Source: an uncultured Ignavibacteriaceae bacterium
GTDB lineage: Bacteria > Bacteroidota > Ignavibacteria > UBA10030
Direction of reading: 5' to 3'
Assembly: GCA_964473365.1 (NCBI GenBank)
Contig: CAYYOV010000002.1
Coordinates: forward strand, 97,576-161,575
Length of the DNA: 64,000 nt
The notes beneath the pieces are model-generated. The model saw nothing but the letters and a program-made list of their open reading frames with translations, did not search any database and was not told the origin of the DNA. Shown in pieces: positions 55,771 to 64,000 of the stretch; the stretch's first letter is position 1; every line of letters starts with the position of its first letter. The position numbers and the translations under genes are program-made.

Positions 55771-57009
55771 TTGAATCTCCGCCGTCTCTACCGAACCATT
55801 GAGTCGTTTGCATCGGACCGATTCCGGACCGATAAGGAACTCCTGAAGCACGTCCTGAACGAGATCGTCAAGAGCCCCGATATCAAGATCAAGGGCGGGC
55901 GTATATGGGAGTTCGATCCGAAACAAGGATCGTTCAGGCTTGTGCACCAGATCGGCCAGATCGAACGGATCGAGCCGAAGTATCGCATTCCCGTCGACTA
56001 TCCGGCCTTCCAATGGCTGGGCGACCAGCGTTCGATCATCGCGAACGAGACCGACCCGACGCTACGGAGGATCGGGATCGTCAAGTTTGCGGCGACCGGC
56101 GTTGGCGAACGCCTGCCGTCGAAGCACGGCGAGTTTCCGCAATACGTACTGGCATTCAATGCCGATGAGCTCGACCAAAGCCTCCTGGCCGACCTGAATA
56201 TCATCTCGGTCGCGGTCACTTCGTCGCTGCGCGGGCAGAAGATCGAGCAGAAGGCCAAGGCGATGGCGAAGGACATCGACAAGGCCCGCGAGATCCAGCT
56301 CAGCATTCTGCCAGACTCGGCGAAACGCTTCTACCACTACGATATCTACGGCGTGTCCGAGGCGGCGCAGATCGTCGGAGGCGATTTCTTCGACTACGTC
56401 ACGTCGGATGACGATCCGGACCGGCTGTCGATCGTTGTCGGCGATGCAGCGAGCAAGGGTTTCTCCGCAGCTGCACAAGCGCTCTACGTGGTCGGAGCGC
56501 TCCGCATGGGGACGTCGTACCACATGAAGATCAGCGCGGTCATGAGCGGCATCAACCGGTTGCTGAACCGTACGTTCGCCGAAGAGCAGTTTGTGACGAT
56601 GGTCTATGCCGAGCTCACGGACAACGCCAAGGGGCTTCTGCTCTACTCGAACGCCGGTCACAACAGTCCGCTCGTGTATCACGAGGCGGCGGGGACCGTC
56701 GAGGAGCTTGAGCCGACCGGCCAGATCCTCGGTCCGTTCCCCGAGGAGACCTTCCGCGTCGAGAACACTATGGTCGCCCCCGGTGACATGGTCGTGATCT
56801 TTACGGACGGGTTGTCAGAGGCCCGTGATGCCGAGGGGAATTTCTACACTGAGGCCCGGGTCCGCGAGTTTCTCCAAACGAACCATCACCTCACGGCGCG
56901 CGAATTCTGCGACGCGCTCATGCGCGACGTGACGGCATTTGAAGGCTCGGCAGGTAGCTACGACGACAAGACGTTGGTGGTGATCAAGAGGCTGCACGAC
57001 ACGGCATGA
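55771..57009 (+). CDS. GAF-like sensor domain fused to PP2C/SpoIIE-family serine phosphatase
   Basis: 412 aa. The N-terminal ~170 aa are GAF-like. The C-terminal part is SpoIIE/PP2C (AREIQLSILP, VGGDFFDY, VVGDAASKGFSAAA, YSNAGHNSPL, IFTDGLSEA, DDKTLVVIKR). TTG start. Confidence 0.8.
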   Translation: MNLRRLYRTIESFASDRFRTDKELLKHVLNEIVKSPDIKIKGGRIWEFDPKQGSFRLVHQIGQIERIEPKYRIPVDYPAFQWLGDQRSIIANETDPTLRRIGIVKFAATGVGERLPSKHGEFPQYVLAFNADELDQSLLADLNIISVAVTSSLRGQKIEQKAKAMAKDIDKAREIQLSILPDSAKRFYHYDIYGVSEAAQIVGGDFFDYVTSDDDPDRLSIVVGDAASKGFSAAAQALYVVGALRMGTSYHMKISAVMSGINRLLNRTFAEEQFVTMVYAELTDNAKGLLLYSNAGHNSPLVYHEAAGTVEELEPTGQILGPFPEETFRVENTMVAPGDMVVIFTDGLSEARDAEGNFYTEARVREFLQTNHHLTAREFCDALMRDVTAFEGSAGSYDDKTLVVIKRLHDTA

Positions 57010-57125
57010 CGGCGAAGGCCCGCCTGGCGGGCGGATGGCAATCACGCGGTTGTTGGAATTCTCGCTGAGGGCTTCTACCTTTCCAGTGTCACTCAGTTTC
57101 ACACGCTGCTCTTCCTGAGGCGCTT

Positions 57126-58730
57126 ATGCTCGAGCAAAAATTCATCGGTGTCGTCCAACACGTTTCCACGGGCAATGTCGAGATCCTGATTGACGCCAAC
57201 GTCAAGACGCTCAAGCGGGACCTGAACGGCAAGACATACTTCATCGGCCAGATCGGGATGTATGTCCTGATCCCCATGGGAAGCCTTGTCCTCATCGGCA
57301 TGGTCACCGACTTCCTCAAGGTCGATGTGGTCATCAACGGCCAGTCGCTGCAGCGATATCGCATGACGGCTTCGCTCGTCGGCACGGTGAAGGGTGGCCG
57401 GTACGAACGCGGCATATCAATCTTTCCGGTCGTCGACTCGCCTGTATACTTGGCGGAAGACTCGGACCTCACCGTGGCCTTTTCGGTCTATCAGCGATAT
57501 GGGTTCTCGGTCGGCCAGGTCTCACTGTTCGAGAATCAGCGCGCATACCTCGACGCAAACCGATTCTTCGGAAAGCACATCTCCGTCCTCGGCTCCTCAG
57601 GCTCGGGCAAATCGTGTACGGTGGCGTCGATCCTTCAAAAGGTCACGCAATATCCCGATACGAACATCATCATCCTCGACATCCATAACGAATACAAAAA
57701 GGCGTTCGAAGCGGACTGCAACCACCTGGACATCGCCGAATTCGAACTTCCGTTCTGGCTAATGAACTTCGACGAACTGCGCGAGATGTTCGTCGACGAA
57801 AAGGACGAGAACGCCTCGACGCAGATCACGGTGCTGAAGGACCTTGTCATCGCGTCGAAGAAGGGGAAGAACCCGGAGATGTCGTCACTCATTACGATCG
57901 ATACGCCGGTCTTTTTCGACCTTGCCGAGATCCGGGCAAAGGTCCAGTACATGGACACCGAGAAGATCTCGATCGGAAGCACCTCAAAAGAAGGACCGTT
58001 CTACGGAAAGTTCACGCGGTTCCTTGTGCGCCTCGACGGCAAGCTGAACGACCCGCGGTATGCGTTTATGTTCCGGCCCAAGAAGTATGTCCAGTCGCAA
58101 TCTCTGAACGATCTGTTGGCCGCAATCCTAGGCGCAGACGGGGCGGCCAAGGTGACGATCCTCGACCTGAGCGGAGTACCGTTCGACATCGTGAATACGA
58201 TCGTCTCCCTCCTCGCCAGGACAATCTTCGACTTCAATTTTTGGAATCCCAACCGACGGGAATTCCCGATCCTGCTCGTGTTCGAGGAGGCGCACAACTA
58301 CCTTCCGCAAACTGGGACGAACACCACAGCGGCACGGCGGACCGTCGAGCGCATCGCAAAGGAAGGTCGCAAATACGGCGTCAGTATCATGGTCGTCAGC
58401 CAGCGCCCGGTCGAAGTGTCGGAAACGATCCTCTCGCAGTGCAACAACTACGTCATCCTGCGGCTGACGAACCCGCTCGACCAGAACTATGTCCGTCGTC
58501 TCGTTCCGGACACCTTCGCGAACCTCACCGATGTCCTGCCCTCGCTACGACAGGGCGAGGCGCTCATTGTTGGAGAGGCCATCTCGATGCCGCTCCGTGT
58601 GCAGATCGATTTCCCGAACCCGGAACCCGACTCGGCCGACATCAGATTCTATGACAAGTGGAAACAAAGCGAGGCCAAGACGCGGATCGAGGACGTCGTA
58701 ACGAGGTGGTGGAAGCAGGACAAGGTGTAG
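57126..58730 (+). CDS. HerA-like (FtsK/HerA superfamily, DUF87) ATPase with N-terminal HAS-barrel
   Basis: 534 aa. The barrel reads [17 protein letters not shown]...[26 protein letters not shown]...[26 protein letters not shown]. Walker A is [14 protein letters not shown] and Walker B is [15 protein letters not shown]. Further strings: [16 protein letters not shown] and [14 protein letters not shown]. Confidence 0.8.
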   Translation: MLEQKFIGVVQHVSTGNVEILIDANVKTLKRDLNGKTYFIGQIGMYVLIPMGSLVLIGMVTDFLKVDVVINGQSLQRYRMTASLVGTVKGGRYERGISIFPVVDSPVYLAEDSDLTVAFSVYQRYGFSVGQVSLFENQRAYLDANRFFGKHISVLGSSGSGKSCTVASILQKVTQYPDTNIIILDIHNEYKKAFEADCNHLDIAEFELPFWLMNFDELREMFVDEKDENASTQITVLKDLVIASKKGKNPEMSSLITIDTPVFFDLAEIRAKVQYMDTEKISIGSTSKEGPFYGKFTRFLVRLDGKLNDPRYAFMFRPKKYVQSQSLNDLLAAILGADGAAKVTILDLSGVPFDIVNTIVSLLARTIFDFNFWNPNRREFPILLVFEEAHNYLPQTGTNTTAARRTVERIAKEGRKYGVSIMVVSQRPVEVSETILSQCNNYVILRLTNPLDQNYVRRLVPDTFANLTDVLPSLRQGEALIVGEAISMPLRVQIDFPNPEPDSADIRFYDKWKQSEAKTRIEDVVTRWWKQDKV

Positions 58731-58732
58731 GA

Positions 58733-59665
58733 ATGGCCATCCTGAAGTTACCGCCTATTCCTTCTTCAGAGCTCACGCCTGAACCGTTGTACTACTCCCG
58801 TCGGTCCTGGCTATCCATGGTCGGTCTTGGTGGGCTGACAGCTCTGTGGGTTCCTCCGGTGGCCGCACAGGACCGCTGGCCACAGGGGAAGGTCGGTCCG
58901 TTCGATACGGACGAAAAACCGAGCACGTTCCGGGAGATCACGACCTACAACAATTTCTACGAGTTCGGGACGGACAAATCAGACCCTGCCGGCTACTCCG
59001 CCGATTTCAAGCCGAAGCCGTGGACCGTACGCGTCGACGGTCACGTGAAGAAGCCGGCGGACATCAATCTCGAGGAACTGCTCAAGCCCTTTGCGACGGA
59101 GGACCGGATCTACCGAATGCGATGCGTCGAGGGATGGTCGATGGTGATCCCATGGCGCGGCATCCCGCTGGCGAGCATCCTGAAACGAATCGAGCCGACG
59201 TCGAAGGCGAAGTATGTCGCGTTCCAGACCGTGCTGCGTCCCGAAGAGATGCCCGGACAACGGCGCCGCGTCCTCGACTGGCCGTACGTTGAAGGGCTGC
59301 GGCTTGACGAGGCGCTCCACCCGTTGACGTTCATGGCGACCGGACTGTACGGCCGCGATCTGCCGAATCAGAATGGGGCCCCGTTCCGACTGGTGGTGCC
59401 GTGGAAGTATGGTTTCAAGTCGATCAAGTCGATTGTGCGCATCACGCTGACGGCCACCGAACCGCCCACGACCTGGAACCTCTCCGCCCCGAACGAGTAT
59501 GGCTTCTACAGCAACGTCAATCCCGACGTCGACCATCCGCGCTGGAGTCAGAAATCCGAGCGACGCATCGGAGAGTTCGGGAAGCGCAAGACGCTTCCGT
59601 TCAACGGCTACGGAGAGCTCGTGGCAGGATTGTACTCGGGGATGGACCTGAAGAAATTCTACTAA
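58733..59665 (+). CDS. msrP: Protein-methionine-sulfoxide reductase catalytic subunit MsrP (YedY, molybdopterin)
   Basis: Collinear with my recollection of E. coli MsrP: Tat motif [81 protein letters not shown] and [15 protein letters not shown] 58733 lies 2 nt after the herA-like stop. The track ORF starts at 58658. Confidence 0.9.
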   Translation: MAILKLPPIPSSELTPEPLYYSRRSWLSMVGLGGLTALWVPPVAAQDRWPQGKVGPFDTDEKPSTFREITTYNNFYEFGTDKSDPAGYSADFKPKPWTVRVDGHVKKPADINLEELLKPFATEDRIYRMRCVEGWSMVIPWRGIPLASILKRIEPTSKAKYVAFQTVLRPEEMPGQRRRVLDWPYVEGLRLDEALHPLTFMATGLYGRDLPNQNGAPFRLVVPWKYGFKSIKSIVRITLTATEPPTTWNLSAPNEYGFYSNVNPDVDHPRWSQKSERRIGEFGKRKTLPFNGYGELVAGLYSGMDLKKFY

Positions 59666-59765
59666 CGGCACAGCCGGAGAGGGTCGGGGAGAGGAAGGTC
59701 CGCAGCGGCGCCCCACATCCGTCCCCACAGAACGACCTCCTCCTCTACCACTCCCACGTCGCTTC

Positions 59766-60374
59766 GTGAAGCACGTCACCAAAGCCTTTGCTTTTTGCGT
59801 CGGCCTTCTGCCGTTTGTGGTCCTCGTCTACCGTTTCGCAACGGACCAGCTCTCCGTCAATCCACTGGACGACCTGACCGATGAGACGGGAACATGGACG
59901 CTCCGGTTCGTTCTGATCACGCTCGCGATAACTCCTTTGCGCGATCTCACCGGTTGGAGCTCGGTCGCCCGCTTTCGTCGTATGGCGGGATTGTATGCAT
60001 TCTTCTACGGTTCGCTCCATTTCTTCACCTATCTATACTTTGACAAGTTCTTCGAGTGGGCGGAGATCGTTCCTGACCTCACGACCCGGAGATTTGTGGT
60101 CGCAGGGTTTTCCGCGTGGCTTCTCATGCTCCCGCTGGCGATCACATCGCCTACCTTCATGACCCGATGGATGGGGGGCAAGGCATGGAAGCGGCTCCAC
60201 CGGGCGGTGTACGTCGTCGGGATACTGGGTGTCGTACACTACTTGTGGTTGGTCAAGTTCGACATCCAGCGACCGGTCATCTACGGAGCCATCGTGTCCG
60301 TTCTGCTTGGATATCGACTTTGGGCCTTCTGGAGAAAGAAGCGTCGCCAGGAAGCGGCGGTGAGAAGTGTGTAG
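59766..60374 (+). CDS. msrQ: Protein-methionine-sulfoxide reductase haem-binding membrane subunit MsrQ (YedZ)
   Basis: 202 aa with ~6 TM segments. Conserved His-containing helices are present (LYAFFYGSLHFFTY; WKRLHRAVYVVGILGVVHYLW). GTG start. Confidence 0.85.
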   Translation: MKHVTKAFAFCVGLLPFVVLVYRFATDQLSVNPLDDLTDETGTWTLRFVLITLAITPLRDLTGWSSVARFRRMAGLYAFFYGSLHFFTYLYFDKFFEWAEIVPDLTTRRFVVAGFSAWLLMLPLAITSPTFMTRWMGGKAWKRLHRAVYVVGILGVVHYLWLVKFDIQRPVIYGAIVSVLLGYRLWAFWRKKRRQEAAVRSV

Positions 60375-60486
60375 TGTGTAGACGCTCTCCCATCCGGATG
60401 GCCTCTCTGTGCGGGTCTCGGATCGTTCGAGTGCACACGAGCCTTTGATGGTCCGTTGAGAGCCTGTGGCAGTTGTCCGCCGGCAC

Positions 60487-60514
60487 TTGTGTTTATCGGC
60501 AGAATCCTTAGATT
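60487..60514 (+). promoter_or_regulatory. Candidate sigma70-type promoter (TTGTGT-N16-TAGATT)
   Basis: TTGTGT at 60487..60492, a 16-nt spacer, then TAGATT at 60509..60514, ~27 nt upstream of ATG 60541. This is the third TAGATT -10 element in the window. Confidence 0.35.
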
Positions 60515-60540
60515 CACGTTCGCACCAACGAGGATAACCC

Positions 60541-61005
60541 ATGAGAACTCTTTTTGCCGTGGCAATACTGGCGCTCGCCGGCTGCTCCACGCTCACGCTC
60601 GCGCCATCCGATTTCGCTTGGCCGGTCATGTCGGAGCTAACTGCCGACAAGAGCGGCACTGTACAAGAGGAACGGTATCACCTGAGCTTCAACGTCAAAC
60701 CTCTCCTGTTCGAAGAGCTGAAGGACTCGATCAACGTCGCCGGAAAGACCTTGAGCATCATCCGGGATCGTCAAGGATTCTATTTTGTGACTGGCCCCAA
60801 GTTCAAGAACGTCTATGTGTTCCAACACACCTCTGAGGGCCTTGGACTGGCCTCCACCATCGCCGTCCATCCGTCCGGGCTCTCCGGTCCTGAATTCGAG
60901 CAACGGCCTCCGCATATCCGGCTTCGCAGCGGACGCGAATCTTGGTTGCTGACACGCACGGGCGTCTACACACCGCCGGCCGCCCCGCAAGGGGGTGCCA
61001 AATGA
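60541..61005 (+). CDS. Hypothetical lipoprotein
   Basis: 154 aa. Lipobox MRTLFAVAILALAGC. No family recognised. The stop overlaps the next ATG (ATGA at 61002..61005). Confidence 0.45.
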   Translation: MRTLFAVAILALAGCSTLTLAPSDFAWPVMSELTADKSGTVQEERYHLSFNVKPLLFEELKDSINVAGKTLSIIRDRQGFYFVTGPKFKNVYVFQHTSEGLGLASTIAVHPSGLSGPEFEQRPPHIRLRSGRESWLLTRTGVYTPPAAPQGGAK

Positions 61006-62264
61006 CGACCCGGATCGGTCTGTCACTCCTGACGACAGTGATGTTCTTGGCGTCCTTGGCGGTTCCCGCTCTCGGACAAGAACGTTCTGACTTCCAGACG
61101 GTCAAAGCCTTCGAGGCAGAGACCAAGGCTATCGCGAAATCGATCGACGAGGTGCAGACCGTGCAGGAATGCGCCGACGTTTCGCTTGCGATCGATCGCA
61201 TCGCAGAGGAGTTCGCCCCGAGCAAAGAACTGCTCGATAAGGCTTTGTATGGCGAGAAGTTTGACGAACGGCTTGCGCGGCTACGGGTACAGCTCAAGCT
61301 AGCGCAGGACAAGCTAGGGATCATCGAATCACAGGTGACCCGGATCGCCGAATTGGAGGAACAGGTCCGCGTTCTCTCCGGAGAAGTTGAGCGTCTCTCG
61401 GGTGAGAACACGAGGCTGATGGGTGACGTGGAGCGGTTGTCGGGCAACATCAAGTCGTTGGGCGAGTCGAATGCCTCCACGGGCGCGCTCGTGGACTCGC
61501 TTCGCAAGGTCATCGGACAATTGCAGAAGGGCATCAAGGAGCGCGACCAGATGATCTTTGCGCTCGTCGATTCTCTGTTCCAGCAGTACGTGAAGCCGGT
61601 CGATCAGCTCGCAGACACCGAGAAGCGCGGTCTAGCCCTTCGCATGGACCGGAACAACATCGTCACGGGCGTCAAATCTTCGATCGAGAACAATCTCCGG
61701 TTCCTCGAACGGGCAGAGTTGAAGGGGGGAGACCTGGCGGCGGTTCTCCAGGAGCATCAGCGGTTCTCGTCACAGTGGAAGGGACTCGGCCCGAAGCTCG
61801 CCTCGATCTACTTGAGCAACAAACAAAAGGCAAAAGAGCTGGCCGCCGTTGACACACTCCTGGCAGCGTGGTCCGCGAAGGCGAACGATGCGTACTGGCG
61901 GGGCGTGAACGCCGCGTTCTCGTCGAAGCAGATCCCCGTCAAGCCGATCGCGTCGGGCAACGATCTCGTATCGAACTTGGCGGCGTACGTCAACGAGCAC
62001 ATGGCCGCGGAGGGCGCGGCAGACGAGAAGGCAAAGGAGTTCCAGAAATTCGACGGCGTGTGGCAGTCGGAGATGGTCAACGGATGGCTGCCGTTGATGG
62101 AAAGCCGTGGTGACTTGTCGGCCGATCAGCGCAAGCTCGTTGAAGCGAAGGTACAGGAGTGGCGCGAATCGTTCGAGGGAACGTCGCCGTTTACGTATGC
62201 ACTGCTGTTCATCGTCATTGTGGCCATCCTGGCGGCACTGTATGTCAGGATGAAGAAGAAGTAG
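61002..62264 (+). CDS. Hypothetical exported coiled-coil protein with C-terminal membrane anchor
   Basis: 420 aa from ATG 61002. Signal peptide MTTRIGLSLLTTVMFLASLAVPALGQ. A long coiled coil includes five heptads xxRLSGE at 61365..61469. The C-terminal TM segment is FTYALLFIVIVAILAALYV followed by RMKKK. The track ORF starts at 60942, inside the previous gene. Confidence 0.5.
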   Translation: MTTRIGLSLLTTVMFLASLAVPALGQERSDFQTVKAFEAETKAIAKSIDEVQTVQECADVSLAIDRIAEEFAPSKELLDKALYGEKFDERLARLRVQLKLAQDKLGIIESQVTRIAELEEQVRVLSGEVERLSGENTRLMGDVERLSGNIKSLGESNASTGALVDSLRKVIGQLQKGIKERDQMIFALVDSLFQQYVKPVDQLADTEKRGLALRMDRNNIVTGVKSSIENNLRFLERAELKGGDLAAVLQEHQRFSSQWKGLGPKLASIYLSNKQKAKELAAVDTLLAAWSAKANDAYWRGVNAAFSSKQIPVKPIASGNDLVSNLAAYVNEHMAAEGAADEKAKEFQKFDGVWQSEMVNGWLPLMESRGDLSADQRKLVEAKVQEWRESFEGTSPFTYALLFIVIVAILAALYVRMKKK

Positions 62265-62326
62265 GGGGGTGGGAGGTAAGTAGGTAGTAGGAAGCAGGTA
62301 GTAGGTAGTAGGAAGTATGTAGTAGC
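62262..62326 (+). repeat. C-poor, TAG-dense G/A/T tract with direct repeat GGTAGTAGGAAG x2
   Basis: The 65-nt tract starts at the stop codon and contains only two C. There are ten TAG triplets (62262, 62281, 62285, 62288, 62299, 62302, 62306, 62309, 62320, 62323) covering all three frames. GGTAGTAGGAAG occurs at 62283..62294 and 62304..62315. The tract opens with GGGGGGGTGGGAGG. Confidence 0.7.
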
Positions 62327-62333
62327 ACTTGGA

Positions 62334-62360
62334 GCGGCCCGGGGTGGTGCCTCGGGCCGC
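62334..62360 (+). terminator. GC-rich stem-loop after the TAG-rich tract
   Basis: 8-bp stem GCGGCCCG (62334..62341) / CGGGCCGC (62353..62360) with an 11-nt loop. The downstream T tract is weak (TGGCGTTCTATCT). Confidence 0.45.
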
Positions 62361-62609
62361 TGGCGTTCTATCTGCTCGTCCCGATGTTGAGGCGCGTCAC
62401 AAAATGTGATGCATTGTATATGCGAACTGGAAGAACTTCTCCATATCTTGTAGAAAGTCGGGGGACGAACTGGAGGGACGCGAGTTCCCCGCGCCAGTCG
62501 AATTGCAGAATTCGACAATATGTCCGTAGGCATGCCGTGAATTCTCCGGCATCCTCTTTGGACACGCCGCCTGCCTCCCTGAGTTCGATCCTCCGTCCAA
62601 CGAACTCGT

Positions 62610-64000
62610 ATGCGATCCATCCTCCCCCTGAGGTCCGTTCAACGGGCCGTGTCCCTAATCGTGACGCTTCTCCTGGCGATCCAAGTCGCCTGGGCGCAGG
62701 TGAGCACGTACTATCAGGGCATTGACACGGCATCTGCCACATTCGTTTCGGATCTGCACAATCTTGTGTATCCGCACACGAAGCTTTCCTATTCCATCAC
62801 GAAGGTTGCGGACATCGCCGCGCGTGACACGACCGGCGGTCAGAAGTACGTCGACTGTGTATACAGCGGTCATCGCGAGGTCTACACGCCACCGTGGTCT
62901 TGGGGAACATTTAGCCGCGAGCACACGTGGTGCCATTCCTGGATGCCGACCTATTCGTCCACATCCGGCCCGGAGTACTCAGACCTGCATCATCTCTTCC
63001 CAACGCACCAGAACAACGCCAACGGCCGCCGGAGTAATCACCCGCTTGGCGTTGTGGTCAATGTGTCGTACCAGTACCTCGATGGAAAACTGGGGACGAA
63101 TGCGGGTGGCCAGGTGGTCTACGAGCCACGGGATCAACAGAAGGGTGACGCAGCCCGTGCCCTCTTCTATATGGCGACGGCGTACCATGGCGTGAACGGA
63201 AACGACTGGTCGTTTGGCCACCTGAACACGGTGACGCTTCCCGCTCTGAGCGAGGCGCCGCAAGATGTCGAGTTGCTCAAGCAGTGGCACGCTCAAGATC
63301 CTCCCGATCCGGCCGAGGTAGCGAGAAACGACTCTGTGCAGAAATACCAAGGGAATCGAAATCCATTCGTGGACCATCCTGAGTACGCAAAGGTTGTCGA
63401 TTTTGTGACTATGACGAAATGGTCCGGTGGTCAGATCGACACCAGCAACTCAGGTGGAGGAACAGGCGGAAGCGGGAGTGGGGGAGCCGTACCGGGATCT
63501 GCACCGCAGGGCATGGCCGTCGTGGTGAACGAGTACTACAACACGTCGACAGCCGGATCGGTGGATGAGTGGGTGGAGCTGGTCGTCCTTCAGGACAACG
63601 TGGACCTCCGTGGTGTCCGCATCCGAGACCATTCGAACAGCGGCGTTCCGCAAACGCCTTTCCAGTTCTCTTCGTCAACCCTCTGGTCGTCCGTGGCGCA
63701 CGGGACCATCATCGTGCTTCTCCAGTCAGGCAGCGCGGTCCCCGAAGACACGGATCCGGCCGACAAGGTTCTGGTGGCCAAGACCAACAACAGCGCCCTC
63801 TTTGCCCCGACGGGTTCGTTCAGTATCGGTGCAACCTCGGACGCGATACAGATCCTCACTGCAGATAGTGTCCACATCCATGCGCTGGGCCATGGGACGG
63901 CTGTGGGCGCACTTCCGCTTCCGCGGGCGATCGCCTCTGGAACCCTGAGCGCTCCTGGGGTCGTCGCGTTCCTGGAGATATCTGACTCGGCTGATTTCAA
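62610..64000 (+). CDS. Secreted endonuclease I-family nuclease fused to a lamin-tail (LTD) domain; 3' end outside the window
   Basis: I translated this ORF by hand; it has no stop in the window and so is absent from the track. Signal peptide MRSILPLRSVQRAVSLIVTLLLAIQVAWAQ. Endonuclease_1 motifs: FSREHTWCHSW, DLHHLFPTHQNNANGRRSNHPLG, KGDAARALFYMATAY and GNRNPFVDH. A Gly/Ser linker is followed by LTD-like VVVNEYYNTSTAGSVDEWVELVVLQDNVDLRGVRIRD. Confidence 0.75.
   Translation, partial: MRSILPLRSVQRAVSLIVTLLLAIQVAWAQVSTYYQGIDTASATFVSDLHNLVYPHTKLSYSITKVADIAARDTTGGQKYVDCVYSGHREVYTPPWSWGTFSREHTWCHSWMPTYSSTSGPEYSDLHHLFPTHQNNANGRRSNHPLGVVVNVSYQYLDGKLGTNAGGQVVYEPRDQQKGDAARALFYMATAYHGVNGNDWSFGHLNTVTLPALSEAPQDVELLKQWHAQDPPDPAEVARNDSVQKYQGNRNPFVDHPEYAKVVDFVTMTKWSGGQIDTSNSGGGTGGSGSGGAVPGSAPQGMAVVVNEYYNTSTAGSVDEWVELVVLQDNVDLRGVRIRDHSNSGVPQTPFQFSSSTLWSSVAHGTIIVLLQSGSAVPEDTDPADKVLVAKTNNSALFAPTGSFSIGATSDAIQILTADSVHIHALGHGTAVGALPLPRAIASGTLSAPGVVAFLEISDSADF

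Noticed and set aside
1-64000. CRISPR arrays, transposases, integrases, prophage or toxin-antitoxin/defence cassettes
   Set aside because: I scanned all ORF translations and intergenic regions. I found no regularly spaced direct repeats, no DDE/tyrosine/serine recombinase motifs, and no recognisable defence effectors apart from the orphan HerA-like ATPase, which is reported as a finding.

Overview
A GC-rich (judged by eye) bacterial chromosomal segment, densely coding, with no transposase, integrase, phage gene or CRISPR array that I can see. All identifications come from motif recognition in the supplied translations. No database search was run. About two thirds is housekeeping: a TonB-dependent receptor, citrate synthase, RluE-like pseudouridine synthase, ClpC, MutS, MsrPQ, and an outer-membrane biogenesis block (uppS-bamA-skp-skp-lpxD-lpxC/fabZ-lpxA, then a lipoyl-ligase-family gene, panB and surE). 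The fused LpxC/FabZ, the DUF3109 and DUF4920 proteins and the paired Skp genes suggest a Bacteroidota/Chlorobi/Ignavibacteria-type (FCB) lineage; this is inference. The candidate promoters I can read are classical sigma70-type (TTGACA-N17-TAnnnT). The most unusual content is: (1) a compact type IV filament locus (9.0-20.5 kb) with apparent PilM-PilN and PilO-PilP fusions, a short secretin, an antisense operon of three pilin-like proteins that lack a prepilin cleavage motif, no major pilin or prepilin peptidase, and a 1538-aa Ig-repeat lipoprotein immediately downstream; (2) a membrane adenylate cyclase whose extracytoplasmic part carries three CxxCH motifs exactly 130 codons apart, followed by a GAF-PP2C phosphatase and an orphan HerA-like ATPase that abuts msrPQ; (3) a 1440-aa double BcrAD/BadFG 'activase' fusion protein; (4) a cytoplasmic C39-like cysteine peptidase divergent from an ATP-grasp ligase. 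An endonuclease I/LTD gene runs off the 3' end of the window and is absent from the ORF track.
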